Assembly: GCF_964355755.1 (NCBI RefSeq)
Contig: NC_092680.1
Location: 12,657,045 to 12,721,044, forward strand
Reading direction: 5' to 3'
DNA: 64,000 nucleotides
Origin: Antedon mediterranea
Lineage: Eukaryota; Animalia; Echinodermata
Shown here: positions 56,101-64,000 of the stretch, piece by piece
How the letters are laid out: the number at the start of each line of letters is the position of its first letter
Numbering within the stretch: the stretch's first letter is position 1
Translations under genes and position numbers: made by a program
Notes under the pieces: generated by a model
Seen by the model: the letters and a program-made list of their open reading frames with translations, nothing else
Databases searched by the model: none
Told to the model about the DNA's origin: nothing

Positions 56101-59073
56101 ACGTGATTTTACGATTATGTAAAACAACACAATAAACATAATGTAATTAAAAATGGGCAGGTGGTCTTGATTATGTTAATTACATCCGCAAATTAAATAC
56201 GTCATCTTCATACCGATTAATGCTTTAATAAAACAAGAGGAAAGAAGAGCACGGGAAATAACAGTACAATTGTCATCACGAATAGACAGCAGACGACATT
56301 AGAAAGCAGGCGAAACGTGTCCAAGGTATACTAACTTAAAATATCTTTACAAAGTGACAGGATTGAGTTAAATTGCGCATTGACCGAGAACTAATCAAGT
56401 CAAACATTGCTGTTTATAGGGGATGTGGCGAGTGCTTGTATTTTGAACAGCTAATAGATAAAACATGTAATATAAGTCAGTTTCGTCATTTCTGTATCCT
56501 TTACAGAAAAGATTGTCCTAAGTTACAAATGGACCTGACAGAGTTGCACTGTTTTGCCGCTGAAAGCTAACAGAAAATACATACATCAGTTAGGCCTACA
56601 TACACAATTATTATCTATTAAAGAATTCAGGCTTACTTTACCGTATTTCAACCTTAACAAAGTGGAAAAAGTTGGAACACAACTAGGCATAGTTGGAATA
56701 CTATACGCATTGACTGTTCGTTATTTTGGAAATATCTGATCTCGTTTAAAGCATGGGTGTATAAATTTATAGGCCCATGGTTAAAGCATGCACGTACGTG
56801 TTACCAGAGAAGAGTGACATTACCCTTAATTTCAACAAGTCAGTCAAATTTAACATACGGCGAGATAAAACATTAGCATATACAGTGTGTGAAAACACGC
56901 GGAAATAATACTTTAAAAAATGTCTACTCCAAATTCTACTCATCTGATCTCCGGATGAGTATTACGCAGAGACCACACGTGATTTAACCAAATGAACTTA
57001 AGAAGTTACTAAATATATAAACATCTCGTTCTCTATCTATCTGGTCTACAAGAGATGCCTTATGGAATATTTCCAACCTAATATTTGTAACTAAGATAAT
57101 ATAGGGCCTAGACATTGAGCTAAACTTACATTATGTAACTGTAGAACTTTTTGTGAAAGAGGGGCATTTCAATTATCAATAATTATTATTATAGATTAAT
57201 AAATAATTATTTCAGAAACATTTCAGAAATCTTCCTTTCCTTTTTTCTAAAAATGAATTTGTATGAATATACTCTCTCAAAATTTGGAAACAATGATATG
57301 TCACCATTCAAAAGGCCTTTCTGTTGGATCCGTTATAAGTAAAAGTAGAAAGCAAATTATTATTTGGAAATTGTGGGAATCTTGGTCTTAATGTGGAAGA
57401 AATTGAGTTGATGAAAATAACAGATGAAAGTTAAGAATGTTATAGGAAGAGATGTCATAGGCCTATAGAGAATGCACACTAGGTGTATCAAATATGGATA
57501 ACTTCTTAGAAACCTGAAATCAATAGATTGTGCTTATAGAACATTAAGGTGTGGACATTTTCACATTGGTGTAGCCTGGCCTATTTATTTATTTTATTAT
57601 CTCTAATTTCCCCTTTTTTCTACTCCCTTGGCCTCAAATGAAACTTAGTTTATATCGTAATCATTATAGTTTATCCATGTCGTTTACGTGTTAATTGCTG
57701 TTTTATGTAGGCCTAAATGGAAAGAATAAGGTTTATACTTTTAAAAAAATCTGTTTCATGTTTAGGATGCTAATTTGATGAAACCAGGGAAGATTGATTC
57801 TTCCCTGGATGAAACATAACTTAAAAATGTGTATGTAGAAGCTTGCTTCGCATACAATATTATTTGAAAAATGTATTGCCTGTATGCTGTTTTACTAAGC
57901 AAAATAAGCCTTGAACTATAGATGTTTTGAAAACAAACAATCTCAAATTGCCAAAATTAATGAAATAATCATTCCTGAAAATTCAAACAGTTTCGAGGTA
58001 TGTCAAGTTAGTCAGTAAATGAATGCATTCATGTTCATAGCATAAACAAAGGTGAAATTAATATCTCTACCCCTGGTGCAATTCGGACACCGGTGTTTTT
58101 TTGGCTTTGAGAAAAGCACGTGATAAATCGTCTGTTTGATACATTTTTATTTTTCGTATCAAGCAAATTTCAACATAATCAATTGTTTGTTACTTTGTTT
58201 CATAATGTTCCTATACAAAAAAAATGCCCTCTGTATTATTATACTTTTTGGAATAAAATAAGTAAAGACAAAATTGCGAACGATGAACATGAGTGACATC
58301 AGCATAATGTAAAAACTCAGTTTGTATCTTTATCGAATTTTAGGCCTGACACACACACGGACTATACCTGTTTTACCCTTCACTGTTAGCGAACTTAATT
58401 TATTTTATATAAGTTAAGACTGCGATTATACACCTCTACGAGTTGTTTAATACACGTGCTTCTGAGGTTTTAAATATATGAAGATGGGCCTGCAGCTGTA
58501 GAGGGTAAAGACACGCAGGTATCCTGCAGAGTAAGCGCTCCTCTCCGGTCACGATGAGGGCAAATTTGCCATAGCAGAATAATTCCTAAAATTGCTTGAT
58601 ATAAACTAATGTAAAAAGAACCCGATCGACCGATCTCTGAAAAGGCGGTCAGTAACCGCTATTGACTTAAAATGAAAATGGAAAAATAACGAGCTGGGAG
58701 AGAATGATCAACAGATATATCCAAGGAGGCCAATTTGAAACTGTCACAAAATGGTTTTTTTCCGCTCGACAAATATTATTTAGGTGGTATTAAGTGTTTT
58801 AGATTTGTAGGATAGGCAATGCAGGGTTGTTTATAATTATTTGATTGATGTATCCATGTAATCCATGATTAACTTCAATTAAATTCTCTAACTCAAAATC
58901 ATATAGCCATGCCATGTAAAATAGGCCCTGTTAAAAATAAAACTTTTGTTTGTGTTTTTAATCCATTTGAATTGTAATGATATTTGAATAAAGATGGCAA
59001 AACTTTACAATAAATTTATTTTATTTATGTTATTTAACCAAATTTTGCAATTTGTAACGTTGGTGGCGCTGTT

Positions 59074-59635
59074 ATAATAATAATAATAACTTTATTGTTT
59101 CTCTTTTATAACAGAGGCAAAATTCTCAATAGATGTGCAACAACAAAAAAATAAATATGGACTTATCTTACTACACAATCAAATACAAACATTATGAATT
59201 ATTACATTAAAAAGTATATAAACATTAGGTTATAAAAATTCATTCAATACATTTGAGCGAAAAGTAAAAGATTGTGTTATGGAAGGATATTATAAATTTC
59301 GATGCGTTCTTTCCATGCAGTTGTTAAAAATAATTTACAATATTTGTCAAAGATGTTACTTGCTAATACATAGTTAATATTGTTTATACATTGGATTTGA
59401 TATTTTTCATGAATTTCTAGGTCGTCAAAAAAAAGGTGATATTTAAGTTCAGGTGAGCTTGACGTGAATAAGTCCCATATTTTATGCAAATCATTGTTGT
59501 ATAGATCTTCTTTAAGTTGTTTAAATATTGAGTTTCTAATATTAATTAATCTAGTACAATTGATATTAGAAACTACAAGCTTAAAGAAAAATGTGTTCAC
59601 AGTTCACTGATTTACACATACAAACTCTACAAGAT
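59074..59635 (-). mobile_element. LINE 3'-end fragment (ORF2 C-terminus + tail)
   Basis: ORF 59277-59600 ends ...DKYCKLFLTTAWKERIEI with degenerate Cys-knuckle-like sequence upstream; (AAT)n tail; homologous to 797-1430. Confidence 0.55.
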
Positions 59636-61299
59636 AATTACAACCTAATTAACACATCCAAGTAACAATAAACAGATCAGTTGATTGGAGTTTCATAATG
59701 GCTCGTACAAGTCGAACAATGTGCTCATAATAAACAGTAATCTGAGATGATCCAAAGATGATATGTGCTCTAATTATCAACATTCAAGTTGGCGAAATGC
59801 AAGTTCTCAATAATACCCAACACTGCAGTACAAGAGCAACAAGTCAATCACAGTGCTAATTATTAGAGCGCAACATAACGCGCCACCCCGTCGCGCACCG
59901 TGCGGATGGTTTACTTTTATTCGTATCTCAGATTCTACAAACTTGAACTTCGAAGGAATTGCATATCTTCTTAAAATCATTGCATTACTTTATAAACCTT
60001 AGCCCTACTAACATTATTGAAGATGTTTTGTAGCTTTTGTAAGTTCCTCTATGCATAATGTTTCCAACATAGCGAAAAACAAATAAGACATTTCCACTAA
60101 GAAAATAATAGTTACAGTTAAAAAAAAATTGTTCTATATAAAATCAAATCAACAAAAACAGATTACTAATTCAAATGAACTTTTATAGTTTTGACGCAAA
60201 TTTTTTTTTCATAATCTTATACTGGTCACAACGCGTTGCAACGGCGCCCTCAATTGTTTAAAACTTTAAAATGATTGACAAATTAATTATTATATGAAAT
60301 TATTGCATTGCATTTCTGGAAACTTCTTAGTTCAAAGTATAAATACCATTCTAAAAAATATTCTATAAAGTAAGATTTGATTTGTTAAATAATTAATGTT
60401 ACAGTTATGCTATTCACAGAAATAATGCAACTATAGTAATATTACGGTACCGTACAATCCTCGGTGAAAAGATTTAATTATTTAATTTGTTAATGTTAAT
60501 TTAACAATTAAATTTCCTATTAGAACGCATAAGTGATCGTGCGTTGTAAGTTGCCGGCGGACAGACGGTCAGTCACCTTCTACTGGCCTACTGCTGATTT
60601 TAATCCGGTCCCTGGATGTTGGCAGAATACCGATGCGAGAGATGAAGAAACAAAACGAAGAAGAGGAAGCTGTAAGGATGAGACACTGCAGCTTATCATG
60701 TTGTATTTTTAAAACAAAAACATTTTCAGTTGTTGAAGAAACGCTATAGTATATTTAACTATCACTAGTAAAATAAGACACACACAAGTATGTTTTATAT
60801 ATAACGTAGCCTGTTTTCACAAGGTTTTTACAACATCTATATGATTTTGATTTAAAGAATTAAACTGACGCTAATCTTGGAATGCTGTTCAATAAAATAT
60901 AAACAACCTGCATTGCCTATCCTACACATCTAAAACACATAATACATTTTGATGTCGTCCGAGATCCACTGTAATTTGAATGATGTGGAAATCACAATAG
61001 ACCTGTAACCTATTAATTAGGTCATATAATTTTAAAAAATAAAATTCTAGCACCTTTCTAGCTACAGAATGCCTAAGTAGGCCTAGTAGTAGTATTTGTA
61101 ACAAGCTAAAGTGTAGCAAACAACTTTACATGAAATATTATTTCATATTTTGTTAAATTTTTTAATAGAAAATAATATGTAAGTTATTAGTACATTAATG
61201 TACGCAAGTTAACATGTTTTGTTATTATAATAAGTTCACGTGATAATAATTATATTATGATTATTTACTGAACAATACTTCATAAGGTTCTCCACGTGT

Positions 61300-61560
61300 A
61301 TTTTATTCCGAATTCATTGTTATACGTGATGCATCAAATACATTTTGCTGATAAAATAATTATTGTATTATTTGGCATTGACTTCAAAGTTGTTGCTAAG
61401 GGCCATTCGTTCCACTCTACCAAGGTGAAGAACCAGTTTGCGTCGATTGATACCGTAAAATTTTGCAATAATAACTTTATGCCTACTCTTAAAATGTTGT
61501 AATACCGGAAAGGCACAACATATATCCAAATTATTGAATAATTCGTCAGTTTTCAAACAA
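61300..61560 (-). mobile_element. Decayed CR1/L2-type LINE 3' coding end
   Basis: ...NWFFTLVEWNEWP resembles the SFFPRTIxEWNxLP terminal motif. Confidence 0.35.
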
Positions 61561-63447
61561 AGTCTATAAGGCCACTTACTATATAAATATCCTAATTCAT
61601 AGGATTCAACACTAAAAGTTATTTTAGTCCTAATAAATTAAGTGTAAATGGGAAAGAAATTCCTACCCCGCTACATGAATAATTGAAATCGGTAAACCCA
61701 AAGTTTAAAATTGTAAAGTTTGGAATTAGGACCTATAACTGCAAGAAGTATTGCAAGTGTTATCTACTTTTCACAGTAAACCTGCAATAATTTTTTAGGA
61801 TTTTTATTATATCTTTACAATTTATAAAGTATTTTACAAGCCTTGTTTATATTACATTGATTTATAAATGTTGCCTTCTTCCGTTTTTTTAAATAAAAGT
61901 GGAAAATATTAACAGTTTGAAACAAGCGTTTTAGAAATATATTAACGGGAAGAAAAAACACCTTATACCAGTATGATTGTGTTTATACACATGATATTCA
62001 ACTATCAAATGACATAGTTTGGTTAATATATCATCGTAATGCCTGTGTACATCTCATCTGTCTATTTTCAACGTCTTTAGCATCAGTTGCTTTATACGTA
62101 AATGTAATTTCTGTATAACCTTGGCCTTTTACGATTCGTTATAGAATTTGTATTCTTCTTTTAAGAAACCCTCATTATGAGTAAATAGAAATCTTGTAAT
62201 TGTTAGGAGTCTGTGAAAGGAATGCACATTGTGTTCTTGCAATAGAACAAATTATGTTCACCTGTGTGTATAGGAAAGTACATCTTGTTCGATATTATAT
62301 GGTTCATATCCCAGGTTTAGTATAATAATAATGATCCGCCTCAACAATAGCTTACGACTTACCGTCGGATTTACGAAAAACGAATGTGTTGTAAATAAAC
62401 GCGCTCTAATAGTCTTTTAACATAACAAAAAATAATATAGCTAAGGCTATATACATTGAATGAGAATATTGTTTAATTTTCATACCAATCTAGGCCTATA
62501 CAATACAACCATTAGTTATTCTTGTACAATTCAGGAACGGGTTTCATATAATGGCTAAGCCACTTACATAATACTTAAGTAATAGGCCTGCTAGAATTAT
62601 ACTAAATATTTCTACTAAAATAATGTTTTCATTAACGTACCTTTATGTAGGCCTACATTTAGTAACAGATATCATTATACCGGTATAGGTTTAGACTACT
62701 TCAATGTCTATCTTTGGTACATGCATTAACAGATATATCGTACCTCAATGTCTATCTTTACATAAGTCAATTGTCGTTTGCATACCAAATGATACAAACA
62801 ATATAATAATACAGTACCGCAAAGTGTAATAACGTTCGTTCGTTTAGATACAAAGGCTCGTACTAAGGTAAGACAGGAATGTGTAGGCTAAGCACAACGC
62901 ACATGTAAGTTACGAACACAATAAGGCACAGCAATCAAGCTAAGTTTCGCTCTAAGTTTCGATACTAACTTTTTTTGTAAGGTAAACGTATAGTTAAACG
63001 ACTTGTTCTGGGTCTTTTTCTGTCACGGTGATATCGTTATAGACAAAATATGTAACGTTGTGAGGTCCACCATTTTAATATAATAATGTTTAGGCAATGT
63101 CATACAACAAATTTAGATTTTGAATTCGTGATCACTGCAGAATTTCGTTAATGATAATTTAAAGAAATAATCAGATGAAAACCATACCGAAATGATAGAT
63201 AAAAATAAAGTTAACATTGTAATTCGTGTTTTGTTTAACATAGTCCACGTCAAATGGAAACCAGTGTAGGTGGTACAACACGCCGATCTTAAATTGATTT
63301 ATACTTCAAATTAAAAATTGAAAGCGTTTTCCAAATTACCGATCATGAAATAAATATATCAAATAAGAAACAGCGTTACTGAATACAAATTCGATGGTTT
63401 AATGATTCTGTTGTAAATTGAAAATAAAAGGACAAAAAAACACTTAC

Positions 63448-63459
63448 CATCATCATCAT
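63448..63459 (-). CDS. TFAP2: TFAP2 alternative first coding exon C (distal; coding part MMMM)
   Basis: ATG ATG ATG ATG|gtaagt: strong consensus donor, phase 0, upstream in-frame TAG (63487-63489), promoter-like island ~450 bp upstream. Implies a 19.3-kb first intron and a 432-aa isoform. Confidence 0.55.
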
Positions 63460-63879
63460 GATGCTAACGGGCTGAAAATCCTCGAGCTAAATATCAAAAG
63501 AATTAAACCGTGTAATGTTTTATGCCTCAATGAGGCTCTTCAGAACCACGCGTAAACTCAGTTCGCTGGTATATTATAACAACTGACTGTGTCGTATTGT
63601 AGCCTTCGGGTTTTGAATCCCAATCAGAAATGTATGAAACGAGCCACACAAATCTACCACTCAGGTGAGACTGAAGGCGCAGTCTTGCGGAACACTCTCA
63701 GTCAGAGTTTTTCACGTGCGATAACTGGCTGCTGGGAAGCCAAATTGTTGCAGTGTATAATCACACACACACAAACACAGATTCAAAGGTTCTTAATTGA
63801 CAGTTTCAACGCTTAGAATTGTTTTGTTCTACGCATAGAGTCACTTAATTCAACCCCTAACTCGGTGGGTAGCAATATT

Positions 63880-63990
63880 CAACTGATTGAGAATGACCGG
63901 CATTGCCTCGGCAGCCACCAATTACTGGGACGTTGCCGGCAGCCCGCCCCGGAGCAAAAGTCAAACGGCTCTATAACGGCCAATCAAATA
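63880..63990 (-). promoter_or_regulatory. Candidate distal TFAP2 promoter
   Basis: Local GC/CpG-rich island with GC box (cccgcccc 63943-63950) and CCAAT boxes (63918-63922; ggccaatca 63978-63986). Confidence 0.5.
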
Positions 63991-64000
63991 ATTTTTCTCC

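Noticed and set aside
58480-58580. GC-rich segment tested as an HDV-like ribozyme
   Set aside because: cctgc/gcagg can pair, but no P3/L3/P1.1 pseudoknot elements are in the required order.

Overview
AT-rich, intron-rich animal genomic DNA; an invertebrate deuterostome such as an echinoderm is inferred but not proven. Most of the window is one minus-strand TFAP2 (AP-2 transcription factor) gene. Six shared coding exons (2-7) between 44105 and 9179 splice in frame to 428 aa. Three candidate alternative phase-0 first exons lie at 44.2, 45.2 and 63.45 kb, and a probable ~2.65 kb 3'UTR ends near 6.52 kb. At the left edge is the first coding exon of a DEG/ENaC-family channel gene, possibly pseudogenised. 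Upstream of the proximal AP-2 promoters is a 6.6 kb CACTA/EnSpm-like DNA transposon derivative with a TA target duplication. It has two large subterminal tandem arrays (63-bp and 102-bp units built from CTT-N5-AAG palindromes) and two divergent decayed intron-containing genes. Other repeats include a degraded CR1/L2-type LINE, a Deu/Nin-type SINE nested in an older LINE tail, several MITEs and a Penelope-type minimal hammerhead motif. The octamer TAGGCCTA is strongly over-represented. All coordinates were read by eye and no database searches were run.
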